Below are positions 11,464-22,141 of a stretch of DNA of 64,000 nt, one piece after another. Position 1 is the stretch's first letter; each line of letters opens with the position of its first letter. The translations under genes and the position numbers were made by a program. The stretch comes from Nitrosopumilus sp. (GTDB lineage: Archaea > Thermoproteota > Nitrososphaeria > Nitrososphaerales > Nitrosopumilaceae), in contig OZ242186.1 of the NCBI GenBank assembly GCA_965205675.1, positions 544,001 to 608,000 on the forward strand. The letters run 5' to 3'. Under the pieces are notes generated by a model, which ran no database searches, was not told where the DNA came from, and saw only the letters and a list, made by a program, of their open reading frames with translations.

Positions 11464-11750
11464 AGATAATCTATGTAATTTCCTTCTTCATCTAATTTTA
11501 ATTCAATTGTAAATTCAGTACCGCTAATAAAAGAATCATTTCGTGTAGTTCTAACTCTCCCAATTACTAATTCATATGGCCAAATCTCTACTACAATTGA
11601 GCCTACACTTGCAATTGGTGTTTCAGTAATCTCCATATCCTCTCGTTTTACTCCGTGTCTTTCTAGCATGTGTATAGCATGATCTAATAATGGTGCCGGA
11701 TTGTTGTAATTTAATACCCAAACTTTTCCTTCATAATCAATTTTTTGCAA
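11460..11750 (-). CDS. Hypothetical protein
   Basis: 96 aa, 4-nt overlap with downstream gene. Confidence 0.7.
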   Translation of the reverse strand: MQKIDYEGKVWVLNYNNPAPLLDHAIHMLERHGVKREDMEITETPIASVGSIVVEIWPYELVIGRVRTTRNDSFISGTEFTIELKLDEEGNYIDYL

Positions 11751-11893
11751 TTTGAAACAATCCTAATGTTACTCATATAACAATTATTCTAAAGGCTAGA
11801 TATAATCTAACTTTCAAGATTTTTATTAAATTTAAGAAAACAAAATTATTTCACAGAATTCATATATTGAATATCTAAATGAAGAGCTAGAAA

Positions 11894-12433
11894 ATGAGCA
11901 AGAATTTTTGGCATGATATAGAATCAGGCAATGATGTCCCAGAAATCATCAATGCTATTGTAGAGATTCCAAAAGGATCTATGAACAAATACGAATATGA
12001 TAAAAAACACAACATGATAAAATTAGACAGAGTTTTATTTTCACCATTTCATTATCCTGGAGATTACGGTCTCATACCACAAACACTATCCGATGATGGG
12101 GATCCTCTTGATGCTCTAGTTTTAGTGACAAATCCAACATATCCTGGAATCTTAATAGAGGCAAGACCAATAGGACTACTTCAAATGAAAGATGATGGAA
12201 AACTAGATGACAAAATTATTTGTGTGGCAACAAATGATCCTAGATATCTACACACTGCAGATATTTCAGACATCGAAGATCATTATCGTTCAGAGATTGC
12301 CCATTTTTTCCAAGTGTATAAGGATTTGGAAGGGAAAAAAGTAGAAATTTTGGGATGGAAGTCATCTAAAGAAGCAAAAGTCGTAATCATAGAATCAATA
12401 AAAAGATACAAAGATACTTTGAAAAAATATTAG
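11894..12433 (+). CDS. ppa: Inorganic pyrophosphatase (family I)
   Basis: VEIPKGS.NKYEYDK, YPGDYGLIPQTLSDDGDPLD. Confidence 0.96.
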   Translation: MSKNFWHDIESGNDVPEIINAIVEIPKGSMNKYEYDKKHNMIKLDRVLFSPFHYPGDYGLIPQTLSDDGDPLDALVLVTNPTYPGILIEARPIGLLQMKDDGKLDDKIICVATNDPRYLHTADISDIEDHYRSEIAHFFQVYKDLEGKKVEILGWKSSKEAKVVIIESIKRYKDTLKKY

Positions 12434-12434
12434 C

Positions 12435-12689
12435 ATGTCAAAAGAATGTGAGCATTTCATACAAGGGAAAAAAGTATCACAAAATACACAAGGTTGTGAA
12501 GAATGTAAAAAAGAGCATCTTCCAACTGTTGCACTTAGAATGTGTTTAACATGTGGACATGTAGGTTGTTGTGATTCTTCGATAGGAAGACATGCAACAA
12601 AGCATTTTGAGGATACCGGTCATCCAGTAATGAAAGCAGTTCCAGAAAATATTTGGAAGTGGTGCTATATTCATGAAAAATATTATTAA
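12435..12689 (+). CDS. UBP-type zinc finger protein
   Basis: CEEC..LRMCLTCGHVGCCDSS..HATKHF..TGHPV..WKWCY. Confidence 0.9.
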   Translation: MSKECEHFIQGKKVSQNTQGCEECKKEHLPTVALRMCLTCGHVGCCDSSIGRHATKHFEDTGHPVMKAVPENIWKWCYIHEKYY

Positions 12690-12713
12690 TTTTATAAATT
12701 CTGTAACACTAGT

Positions 12714-13274
12714 TTAATCGTAAACCATTAATCCTTTTTCTTCAAGTAAAGCGTGGATTTGATTTACAGAACGATGAACATCTTTTTCTAATTTAGCGCC
12801 AACACATACTAATTTACCAGATGCAAAAATCAGAATTACAGTTTTTGGATCAAGCATTCTGTGGATTAATCCTGGAAATTGTTCAGGCTCATACATACTT
12901 CTAGGTAATGTTCGAGCCGCTTGCTCCAAGTTTACTTTACCTCCGAGATTAATTGAGGATACAATATTTTGAATTGATACTATGGGGTCATTTTTGATTT
13001 TAATTTTACCTTTACGCAATATCTTTACGACTTCAAATACAGCAGTTTCTGCCAATTCTTGAGATTTTGCACCAGTACATACCATCTTACCTGAACCAAA
13101 TAAAAGAGTGGCCGTCTTTGGACTTTTAAGTCTGAAAACAGCACCCGGGAACTGTTCTGGATGGTATTCAACTGCAGGAAATTTTTTAGTTATATCTACA
13201 AGATCTAATTTTTGTTCTATAGTTGCAGAGGCTACAACATTAACTATTGCTATAATGGGTTTTGTTTGAGTCAT
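12714..13274 (-). CDS. tbp: TATA-box-binding protein
   Basis: Two repeats NVVAS..YHPEQFPG..FGSGKMVCTGAK. Confidence 0.97.
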   Translation of the reverse strand: MTQTKPIIAIVNVVASATIEQKLDLVDITKKFPAVEYHPEQFPGAVFRLKSPKTATLLFGSGKMVCTGAKSQELAETAVFEVVKILRKGKIKIKNDPIVSIQNIVSSINLGGKVNLEQAARTLPRSMYEPEQFPGLIHRMLDPKTVILIFASGKLVCVGAKLEKDVHRSVNQIHALLEEKGLMVYD

Positions 13275-13278
13275 TTTC

Positions 13279-14211
13279 TTATTTTCCTTCTACCATGTCC
13301 ATATTTTGATCTAATCTTAATCCTTTGTATCTATTTCTAATTGTTACCTCCGTAACATTAGCAGCTTCTGCAATATCCCGTTGAGTTTTATCTTCACCAT
13401 TTTTAACACAAGACAAGTATAATGCAGCAGCAGCTAATCCCATTGGATCTTTTCCGGCTGACTCTTCATGAGCTTGTGCATCTTTGAGTACTTTAACTGC
13501 ATAACGTTTTGTTCTTTCAGTAATTCCAATAGAGCTTGCAATTCTTGCAACACATTGAACAGGATCCACTACGGGCATTTTTAGTTCTAATTCTTGGTGG
13601 AGAATTCTATAACATCTGGAAATATCTTTTTTCTTAATATTGCCTGCATCAGCAACATCTTTTAGAGTCCTTGGAGTTTCTGTATCTCTACATGCAGCAT
13701 ACAGAGATGCTGCAATTAATGCAGAGATGGAGCGACCTTTTACAAGACCTTTTTCCAAAGCTTTTCTATAAATATAAGATGCTTTCTCAATAACTGCATC
13801 AGATAATGAAAGTTTGTCTTTTAATGTAGATAATTCACTTAATGCTTGTCTGAGGTTTTTATCCGACGAAGCATTAACTTTGCTTCTACTATCCCAAGTT
13901 CTTAATCGTTCAATAGTACTTTTCATAGTGGATGTAAGAGGTTTTCCAGAAGAGTCTTTGTTAACAGGGCTGATAATTGTTGCAAGTCCTCTATCATGCA
14001 TTGCTAAGGATGTAGGAGCTCCGGTTCTAGTGGGATCTGCGTTGCCTTCTTTTGAGAAAGATCTCCATTCGGGTCCAGAATCTTGTAATGTTTCAGTAAT
14101 CACATAACCACATTTTCCACAGAATCTTTCACCAGTAACATTATCCGTCAGCATAGAATTCTTCCCACAACGACCGCATGTAGAATCTGCATTAATAATT
14201 TCTAAAACCAA
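13279..14211 (-). CDS. tfb: Transcription initiation factor IIB
   Basis: Zn ribbon CGRC..CGKCG, GPEWRSF, cyclin folds, VTEVTIRNRYK. Confidence 0.97.
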   Translation of the reverse strand: MVLEIINADSTCGRCGKNSMLTDNVTGERFCGKCGYVITETLQDSGPEWRSFSKEGNADPTRTGAPTSLAMHDRGLATIISPVNKDSSGKPLTSTMKSTIERLRTWDSRSKVNASSDKNLRQALSELSTLKDKLSLSDAVIEKASYIYRKALEKGLVKGRSISALIAASLYAACRDTETPRTLKDVADAGNIKKKDISRCYRILHQELELKMPVVDPVQCVARIASSIGITERTKRYAVKVLKDAQAHEESAGKDPMGLAAAALYLSCVKNGEDKTQRDIAEAANVTEVTIRNRYKGLRLDQNMDMVEGK

Positions 14212-14425
14212 AGGATATCAAATTTTGCAGTGATGATTTCCTATATGAACCGATTTATTTACAGATTTTTCAATGAAAAATGAGCCTAAAAATCTAGGCA
14301 TATCTGGTAAAAAATGGCTTGAGAACGAGAATTTTACAACAAATTCGATATTAAGAAATAAGAAAAATAAGACATATCCATATTGTCACATTCATTTTTT
14401 AATAGTCATTTCATAGAAAATTCAA

Positions 14426-16198
14426 ATGTCGTCATATCAATTAGGTAAATGGGATCTGACAGAATTAGCAAAAAATCCTAAAAGTCCTGCACTTCAAAAA
14501 CAAATTCAGGAATTAAAAAAACAAGCAAAAAAATTTGAAAAAGTAAAATCAAAATTAAATCCAAACATGTCGTCAAAACAATTTATGACTATTCTACATC
14601 AAGTTGAAAAAATTTCAGAAGATATGAATAAAGTTGGAGGATATGCATCACTGTCATATTCTTCAGATACACAATCAGATGAAGCAACATCCCTAATGAC
14701 AAAGATGTCAAAATTAGGTTCTGAAATTTCAAATAAAATTTTATTTTTTGATTTATGGTGGAAAACACAAGTTGATGAAAAAAATGCAAAGAGACTCATG
14801 AAAGATGCAGGAGAAATTACAGAATATTTATCACATAAAAGATTATTTGCAAAATATGCACTAAGTGAACCTGAAGAGAAAATCATAAACACATTAGACG
14901 TAACAGGAATATCTGCACTAGTAAAATTGTATGATAAGATAACTAATTCTTTTGAATATAAAATGAAAATTGGAAATAAATTAAAAATAATGACAAGAGA
15001 AGAATTAACAAATTATGTTAGACATCCAAATTCAAAAATTCGCGAAATTGCCTATAAAACAATTTTAACAAAATATTCTGAAAACAAAGGAGTTGTAGGA
15101 GAAATATATCAAAACATTGCTCTTAATTGGAAGGCTGAGGGTATTGACATTAGAGGATACAAATCACCGATTTCTATGAGAAATATTGGAAATGACGTAG
15201 ATGATAAAACAATAGAATCCTTACTTGCAACGTGTAAAAAAAATTCACCTGTTTTTCAGAAATTCTTCCTTCAAAAAGCAAAGATGCTAAAAATTAAAAA
15301 ACTCCAAAGATATGATCTATATGCACCTGCTACTGCAAGTATCAAAGAGAAGAATTATTCATATGATAAATCAGTAAAGCTAGTTTTTGAATCTCTGGGA
15401 AAATTTAGTAGTACGCTAGAAGAATATGCAAGAAAAGTATTCAATGAAAATCATATTGATTCAGAAATAAGACGAGGAAAAAGAGATGGTGCTTTTTGTA
15501 GTACTCTTACACCAAAGATTACGCCATATGTACTGGTAAATTTTACAGGTAAATCAAGAGATGTTTTCACTTTAGCACACGAATTAGGACATGCAGTTCA
15601 CAGTCAAGCAGCACAAGATAGATCAATTCTTGTTCAAGATGCACCATTACCATTAGCTGAAACAGCATCGACTTTTTCAGAACTATTATTGTATGATAAC
15701 TTATCAGATACAATTTCTGATGATGAAAAAAAGATAATGTTATCAGAGAAAATAGATGATCTGTATGCAACAATCCTAAGACAGTCCTTTTTTACACTTT
15801 TTGAAGTTGATGCACATAAACAAATTGGAGAAGGCACAACAATAGATGAAATATCAAAAATATATTTACAAAATCTCAAGGTACAATTTGGAAATTCAGT
15901 TAACGTATCAGAAGATTTTGCAATAGAGTGGAGCTGTATTCCACATTTTTATCATACGCCGTTTTATTGTTATGCCTATTCCTTTGGCAATTTACTAGCT
16001 TTATCGTTATTTCAAAGATACAAAAAAGAAGGAAAAGATTTTGTTCCAGCATACATCAACATTCTTGCAGCCGGAGGATCTCAAAAACCCGAGAAATTAC
16101 TCTCAGAATATGGATTTGATATTAGAAACCTCAAATTCTGGCAAGAAGGATTTGATTATGTAAAAAAACAAGTTACTGCACTATCATCATTGAATTAG
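14426..16198 (+). CDS. pepF: M3B oligoendopeptidase F
   Basis: TLAHELGHAVH, AETASTFSE, IPHFY..FYCYAY. Confidence 0.92.
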   Translation: MSSYQLGKWDLTELAKNPKSPALQKQIQELKKQAKKFEKVKSKLNPNMSSKQFMTILHQVEKISEDMNKVGGYASLSYSSDTQSDEATSLMTKMSKLGSEISNKILFFDLWWKTQVDEKNAKRLMKDAGEITEYLSHKRLFAKYALSEPEEKIINTLDVTGISALVKLYDKITNSFEYKMKIGNKLKIMTREELTNYVRHPNSKIREIAYKTILTKYSENKGVVGEIYQNIALNWKAEGIDIRGYKSPISMRNIGNDVDDKTIESLLATCKKNSPVFQKFFLQKAKMLKIKKLQRYDLYAPATASIKEKNYSYDKSVKLVFESLGKFSSTLEEYARKVFNENHIDSEIRRGKRDGAFCSTLTPKITPYVLVNFTGKSRDVFTLAHELGHAVHSQAAQDRSILVQDAPLPLAETASTFSELLLYDNLSDTISDDEKKIMLSEKIDDLYATILRQSFFTLFEVDAHKQIGEGTTIDEISKIYLQNLKVQFGNSVNVSEDFAIEWSCIPHFYHTPFYCYAYSFGNLLALSLFQRYKKEGKDFVPAYINILAAGGSQKPEKLLSEYGFDIRNLKFWQEGFDYVKKQVTALSSLN

Positions 16199-16204
16199 AA
16201 TAAA

Positions 16205-16280
16205 TGGGACTGACAGTCCAACGCATGGACTGCCAGCTTGTTCCCCGAACGGTTTGAATTCGATGTCATTGTCAAGTCAA
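16205..16280 (-). ncRNA. Candidate structured RNA (GC-rich long hairpin) between convergent genes; strand tentative
   Basis: ctgacagtcca-acgca-tggactgccag stem extended by ggga/tccc; GC content far above surroundings. Confidence 0.35.
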
Positions 16281-16306
16281 AGATGATCTGATTTAAACGT
16301 TTGAAA

Positions 16307-16879
16307 TTATTTCCAATTTAATTTTTTAGGTCTGATTTTTCTAATAGTTCCAAATAAAATTCCAATAGATATGCCCAATTGATAAAGCAAATACAACAGT
16401 ACTTCAAATGAACTTGGAGTAGATTCAGTGAATCTACTAATACCAGTCAATATTAGAATAAATAAACTGAATAAGAAAACAAAAACCTTTGTTACACTAC
16501 TAAGATTTGTGAATTTCAATAAAACAAAACTCATCACAGTGACAGAAATTGTCAATACTGTTAGAAATCCTGTGTTCATTCCAAAAATTAAGAAAAGAGA
16601 GGAAATAACTTCACTGGGACTACTTACAGAGATATTAGATAAACTGATTTGCTCTGGAGAAGCGAAACGCGGAACACTCAAAATAGCATTTATCAAAAAC
16701 AAGACAAACATTGAGATAGATGCTGTTTTTACATGATTTTGTAATCTGGGAAATCTAACAAGAATTGCCCTGCCAAGAATAATTCCTTGGAATAACCCAA
16801 TCCCAAAAGCACTCAAAACTGCAATTAATTGGATTATAGGGTTCAAAAAAAGATCAGAGAGAATGGGAATTAAAGCCAT
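16307..16879 (-). CDS. Hypothetical multi-pass membrane protein
   Basis: 190 aa, about 5 TM segments. Confidence 0.75.
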   Translation of the reverse strand: MALIPILSDLFLNPIIQLIAVLSAFGIGLFQGIILGRAILVRFPRLQNHVKTASISMFVLFLINAILSVPRFASPEQISLSNISVSSPSEVISSLFLIFGMNTGFLTVLTISVTVMSFVLLKFTNLSSVTKVFVFLFSLFILILTGISRFTESTPSSFEVLLYLLYQLGISIGILFGTIRKIRPKKLNWK

Positions 16880-17195
16880 AATGTTTAGAGATATGAATTA
16901 ATTAGAATATTAGTTACATGATGATCTGTTTTAGTAAAAAACAAAATAAAATTATCCAACTAAAGAATATGAAGAACAACACAAGAATAAATTTAACATT
17001 TGCATATTGATATTTAGATTAGAACTAGCTTTTCCATGGTTGTAATTCTCTTCTCTCTTCCAAACGTATCTTGACTTTAATCTGGAAATGATGGGGTTAG
17101 ATACTTTGAGGATAATGGAGATTTTAAATGCATGATTTAATTTTAAAACGAAATTCATTGTAAAACTTAATAATTTCATCTCAAAATGTTAAATT

Positions 17196-18344
17196 ATGCA
17201 GAGAAAAATAATTTATTTAACATTAATTCTAGCTATGGGGATTTCTACAAATCAAGCTTATTCACAAGAAATAGGTCTTTCAACATTTCAAGAAACAGCA
17301 CAGATTATTATTGATAAAAGCATATCTCAAAATGTCACAGCTTCAATCACTTTGCAAAGTACAAGCATACAAGAAATTAAAATTCCAATAGAATTAGAAC
17401 AAAAAATTAGAGAAGATAGAAGAGTTACAGCTGTGGTTCTTACAAATCAAGAACAATGCGTGTTAGGAGTTTCTAATGAATCATGTATAATGATTAACGT
17501 TGCATCCAACCCCGAGAATAAAGGGATTTTGGCAATTCAGAATTACACAAAACATGTTGCAGAATTACACATTGATGAAATTAATGAAGCATTAGACACA
17601 AATGCAGAATTTCACTCGGTTTTCATACATACTGTCGATGAGTCAAATAAGGCACTAGATACATCCGGTACAATTTCAGGCAGAGGATCTATTTCAGCAG
17701 TATATACATTGCCGATGGAAGACACATATTCCATGTATGAAAAAATATCATCTACCTTAATTCCAAAATTAATAAGAGAGAAAGGTGGATTTTATGATGT
17801 TGCAAGAGAATTATCGTCAGAAGAAAATGCAAAAATAACATTTTCAATCATCCCAACAAACACAAAATCGTTGTTACAATTGAAATTATCAGTAGATTAT
17901 CCAAATATAGCATCCACAATTTCAGAAATCAATCCATTAGAATTTCTACAAGTTGAGAATATCAAAAGATCAAGTTATTTTGATTCTGGATTTTATCCCT
18001 TAAATTCAATCATCCAAATAGTCATATTATCACCAGAAGATATCAAAATTTCAGATGTGAATGGAAATATAGTTCCAACGCAGATAGTAGATAACGAAAA
18101 AATCCCAATTGACATTACAGAGGCCGGATGGGTTTTTGATCCTCAAGAAGGACAATTAATTCAAGGCAAGTATATTTTTGGAGAAGAGACGACAATAAGT
18201 AACAACAAATTAAAATTTTCGTTAGGTGGAGAAAGTATTCAAACCCAAAAACCCGGAATTGATGAATCAATAATAGTAGTAATCATAATCACAATAATAG
18301 CTGTATCTGCTGCAATATTTTATCTTAAAGGCTATAAAAAATAA
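17196..18344 (+). CDS. Exported/surface protein with signal peptide and C-terminal TM anchor
   Basis: N-terminal signal (AYS|Q), C-terminal hydrophobic helix + KGYKK. Confidence 0.75.
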   Translation: MQRKIIYLTLILAMGISTNQAYSQEIGLSTFQETAQIIIDKSISQNVTASITLQSTSIQEIKIPIELEQKIREDRRVTAVVLTNQEQCVLGVSNESCIMINVASNPENKGILAIQNYTKHVAELHIDEINEALDTNAEFHSVFIHTVDESNKALDTSGTISGRGSISAVYTLPMEDTYSMYEKISSTLIPKLIREKGGFYDVARELSSEENAKITFSIIPTNTKSLLQLKLSVDYPNIASTISEINPLEFLQVENIKRSSYFDSGFYPLNSIIQIVILSPEDIKISDVNGNIVPTQIVDNEKIPIDITEAGWVFDPQEGQLIQGKYIFGEETTISNNKLKFSLGGESIQTQKPGIDESIIVVIIITIIAVSAAIFYLKGYKK

Positions 18345-18908
18345 TTACAATAAAAGAACAGCAGCTGCAAAAACTGTAGTCCATTTTCCATCTTTGTCCC
18401 CCTTAACCGTTTGAGTAATATTGTGAGTTTTGTAAATCTCTCCAGAAATTGACCATTGTTGTCTCTTTTCATTCCAGGCTTTATCTGCATCAAATGGAAT
18501 ACCTAAAGAAGATGCAAGCATTTGAGCTGCAATATCTTCAGCATAATCGCCAGCTTGAACTTCATTCTGTCCAAAAGATTCATATTCAGAAAGATAACCA
18601 TATCTGGAAGAATCCTTGGGTTGAGCTAGTCCCACAGATGCAGCACATACTCGATGAGGTTCATTTGTTTGATTCTTGGAATAAATAGTAAATAGAATTT
18701 GGCCAGGTGAAATTTTTTTCAAGCCTTCTTTTCTGGTGATTAATTTTGCTTTAGGAGGGAAAATACTTGAAATTAAGACAAGATTTGTTCCTGCAATTCC
18801 CGCATCACGAAGTGCGTATTCAAAGCTTGTAAGTCTATCTTCATGTACACCTTTACCTTTTGTAAGAAACAAATTTTTTGCAACTAAATCTAGCATTTCT
18901 GAATTCAT
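18345..18908 (-). CDS. pdaD: Pyruvoyl-dependent arginine decarboxylase
   Basis: SFEYALRDAGI..NLV.ISSIFPP (SS self-cleavage site), YGYLSE, WTTVFAAAV. Confidence 0.92.
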   Translation of the reverse strand: MNSEMLDLVAKNLFLTKGKGVHEDRLTSFEYALRDAGIAGTNLVLISSIFPPKAKLITRKEGLKKISPGQILFTIYSKNQTNEPHRVCAASVGLAQPKDSSRYGYLSEYESFGQNEVQAGDYAEDIAAQMLASSLGIPFDADKAWNEKRQQWSISGEIYKTHNITQTVKGDKDGKWTTVFAAAVLLL

Positions 18909-18977
18909 GAAAGGGAATTATTATTTATATTTTAGTTGAAAGTGAAAACTTTGCAAGAATTTTAAAATTATCAATAA

Positions 18978-19205
18978 TCAATCCGTTCTTCTTTTCTTCT
19001 TTCTTTTATCTGGCTCTTTTTGGATCTGTGTCAAAAATATAAATGTGAAAAATGCACCTAAGCCAATATTAATCACCCCCATGAAAGTTATCATTATAGT
19101 CATAGATGGAGGGGCCATCGTCAATCCAATGACAAGTCCCATAACTCCAGTTGCAAAAAACATCATCATCAAAACCTTCACTCTGGTGGGCTCGATGTAT
19201 CTCAT
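18978..19205 (-). CDS. Small membrane protein
   Basis: Two TM helices and a basic tail. Confidence 0.7.
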   Translation of the reverse strand: MRYIEPTRVKVLMMMFFATGVMGLVIGLTMAPPSMTIMITFMGVINIGLGAFFTFIFLTQIQKEPDKRKKKRRTD

Positions 19206-19328
19206 TACAGGTATCAGAATATCGCAATATTATAAACTGATGGTGTTCTCAATAATTTTAGAATAATATCATTTTCAAATAGATCGTGGGTAACACTTTA
19301 AATCGTCAAAAATTTTATGATACATCGT

Positions 19329-19406
19329 GCCAATGTAGCTCAGCCTGGTTAGAGCGGCTGATTTGTAATCAGCAGGTCGTGGGTTCGGATCCCGTCATTG
19401 GCTCCA
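19329..19406 (+). tRNA. tRNA-Thr(TGT), encoded CCA
   Basis: Cloverleaf: GCCAATG/CATTGGC acceptor, GCTGA-TTTGTAA-TCAGC anticodon arm, GGTTCGGATCC T arm. Confidence 0.96.
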
Positions 19407-19475
19407 TCCATTTTATATTCATAATACAACATTTAGCAATACGAATAAGTATTGCTAAATTTGGAATTAATTAAA

Positions 19476-20282
19476 ATGAGTTCAGACGAAATAGAAATTA
19501 AACAAAACATGGATGAAAAAATTTCAGTAAAAAAATCAACGTTTAATGGATTAGTCATAGGAATAATCATATCTGTTGGAATTGCAGCATTCTTTGTAGG
19601 ATCATACACATCAAGTCTAAATTCAGAACAAATTTCAGTAGAAGATCTTGATGAAGCAATAGCAAAATTAGAATTAAAGCTGTTACAAAATCAGTTACCT
19701 ACAAAACAGGCAATAGAACCCGTCAAAGTATCCATAGACAATGATCCTATCATAGGAAATCCTGATGCACCAATTACAATAGTAGAGTTTTCAGATTTTC
19801 AATGTCCATTCTGTGCGAGATTTAACACTCAGACATTGCCATTAATTCTTGAAGAATATATCGAACAAGGAAAAGTAAAATTAGTTTTTAGAGATTTCCC
19901 TATCCAAAGCATACATCCAAATGCATTGCCAGCATCAATTGCTGCTGAATGTGCAAATGATCAAAACAAGTTTAAAGAAATGCATGACATATTATTTGAA
20001 AAACAAAATGAGTGGAATAGAACAGAAGCAGTTGATGCATTATCTATGTTTAGTCAATATGCATCAGAGATGCAATTAGATCAAGGAATATTTGATGCGT
20101 GTCTTACTAGTGGAGACCATATTTCAGAAATTAAAAAAGATCTTGATGACGGAAGAGAATATGGAATCACAGGAACCCCTGGATTTTTTATAGGAAATGA
20201 TGAAATAGGATATGTGGAGTTAAAAGGTGCCCAACCATTTGAGAGTTTCAAAAAAATTATTGATGCTCAATTAGATGCATAG
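19476..20282 (+). CDS. DsbA/BdbD-family thioredoxin-fold protein
   Basis: TM anchor, EFSDFQCPFC, GITGTPGFF; start at MSSDE or upstream TTG 19452. Confidence 0.9.
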   Translation: MSSDEIEIKQNMDEKISVKKSTFNGLVIGIIISVGIAAFFVGSYTSSLNSEQISVEDLDEAIAKLELKLLQNQLPTKQAIEPVKVSIDNDPIIGNPDAPITIVEFSDFQCPFCARFNTQTLPLILEEYIEQGKVKLVFRDFPIQSIHPNALPASIAAECANDQNKFKEMHDILFEKQNEWNRTEAVDALSMFSQYASEMQLDQGIFDACLTSGDHISEIKKDLDDGREYGITGTPGFFIGNDEIGYVELKGAQPFESFKKIIDAQLDA

Positions 20283-20383
20283 AAAATAACAAGCGTTTAT
20301 TAGACCAGAATTAAGATGTAGCATCAGAATAATGACGAGTAGGCAATTAGCTTTTTCGTCATTGCCAAAGAGAAAAAAATAAA

Positions 20384-21703
20384 ATGACAAAATTTCAAGA
20401 TTTAGGATTAAACGACAAAGTACTGAAAGGTATTTCGGAGCAAGGTTTTGAAGAAGCGTTCCCAATACAAGAAGCAGTTATTCCCGTGTTACTTTCAGGT
20501 AGGGATGTTGTAGGACAAGCACATACAGGTTCTGGAAAAACAGCAGCATTTGCATTATCTATGTTACAAGAAATTCAACCAAAACAAGGAATTCAAGGAT
20601 TAATCATGGCTCCAACAAGAGAACTTGCCATGCAAATTAGCGATGAGATCAAAAAATTTGGAAAACATACTGGGATTAGAATTGCAACCGTTTATGGGGG
20701 ACAAGGAATGGGAATACAATTAGATGCACTACACAGAGGTGTAGAAATTGTTGTAGCTACTCCTGGAAGATTGATAGATCATCTCAAAAGAGGATCAATA
20801 GACCTAAGAGATATTTCCCACATTGTTCTTGATGAAGCAGACACCATGTTAGATATGGGATTTGTCGATGACATTCAATTTATTTTAGATTTAGCACCCG
20901 AAGACAGAGTAATGTCATTGTTTTCAGCAACAATGCCAACTGAAATTTTAAGACTGTCTGAAGATTATCTTACTAATCCAAAACAATTCTTGTTAGATGC
21001 AGATGATCTAAGTGGGGAAGGGATAGATCAATCATATTTGGTAATTAAGGATAGAGACAAATTCAAGTATCTGATTGATTTTATCAAACAAACAAAAAGA
21101 CAATCAATTGTTTTCTGTTCTACAAAATACAGAACTAGAGATGTTGCAAAGTTTTTGCATCAAGAAAAATTCAATGCAGTAGCTATAGAAGGAGACATGT
21201 CCCAACATAGAAGGGAGCAATCCATGGGTAAATTTAGAAGTGGTAAAGCAGATATTCTTGTAGCAACAGATGTGGCATCCAGAGGAATTGATGTTCCAAG
21301 AGTAGAATTAGTGGTGAATTACGATGTTCCAAACCAAGAGATGGCATATTTTCACAGAATTGGAAGAACCGCAAGAGCAGGTGCAAAAGGTAAAGCAGTA
21401 ACATTTGTTTCATATTCATCTGTAGGAGATTGGAATCTAATCAAAAGACAAATCAAAGTACCACTTACAGACTTAAATCAAGAAATGGGAATTCAAATTT
21501 CAATCCCAGATCCTCTAAAAAGGCAAACTCCATCAAGAAGATATGGTGGACAATCAAGATCTAATTATTCCAGAGGAGGGCGTTCTGGAGGATATGGCGG
21601 ATCACATAGAGGAGGAAATCCTAGAGACGATCGAGGGGGAAGAAGAAGAACTAGTAATAGAGACGGAAATAAAAATAGCTACGGCGGACGTAGTAGATGG
21701 TAA
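20384..21703 (+). CDS. DEAD-box RNA helicase with RGG-rich tail
   Basis: TGSGKT, PTRELA, DEAD, SAT, HRIGRTAR. Confidence 0.96.
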   Translation: MTKFQDLGLNDKVLKGISEQGFEEAFPIQEAVIPVLLSGRDVVGQAHTGSGKTAAFALSMLQEIQPKQGIQGLIMAPTRELAMQISDEIKKFGKHTGIRIATVYGGQGMGIQLDALHRGVEIVVATPGRLIDHLKRGSIDLRDISHIVLDEADTMLDMGFVDDIQFILDLAPEDRVMSLFSATMPTEILRLSEDYLTNPKQFLLDADDLSGEGIDQSYLVIKDRDKFKYLIDFIKQTKRQSIVFCSTKYRTRDVAKFLHQEKFNAVAIEGDMSQHRREQSMGKFRSGKADILVATDVASRGIDVPRVELVVNYDVPNQEMAYFHRIGRTARAGAKGKAVTFVSYSSVGDWNLIKRQIKVPLTDLNQEMGIQISIPDPLKRQTPSRRYGGQSRSNYSRGGRSGGYGGSHRGGNPRDDRGGRRRTSNRDGNKNSYGGRSRW

Positions 21704-21753
21704 GACTGTAAAACTTAAAGACTTGAACTTTATGATTAATTTAAGGTAAACAA

Positions 21754-21987
21754 ATGCACAAAGGATTCATTTTATTAAATTGTGATCTAGGGGCAGAAGA
21801 ATACATTGTAGATAAGTTAAAACAAATGGAGAATATTAGTAATGCATATCTTACTTTTGGTGCATATGATGTAATTGCAGAAATTCAAACAGAAAACCAA
21901 GAAGGATTTGAAAAAGTAATTGCAATGATTAGAAAACTTTCTAGGGTGGTAAGTACAATGACCCTAAATGTCATAAATCCAGAATAA
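21754..21987 (+). CDS. Lrp/AsnC ligand-binding domain protein
   Basis: FILLNC..G.E, TFGAYDVIAEI, IRKL..V.STMTL. Confidence 0.88.
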   Translation: MHKGFILLNCDLGAEEYIVDKLKQMENISNAYLTFGAYDVIAEIQTENQEGFEKVIAMIRKLSRVVSTMTLNVINPE

Positions 21988-22141
21988 TAATTCAAGATAG
22001 TGATTTCAGACGATCAATTCATCATTATGATCTTAAAAAATTAAATAGAATAAAGAAATGGCTCAGATCAAAGCCCTCTCATCATGAGTTGACTTTCAAA
22101 CAAAACGCTTCTTAACGTTGAGCCTTTATTTTTCATAACTA

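Noticed and set aside
16952-17179. 75-aa ORF / possible remnant
   Set aside because: No recognisable homology; lies in a divergent promoter region
19286-19474. 62-aa ORF
   Set aside because: Overlaps tRNA-Thr; spurious
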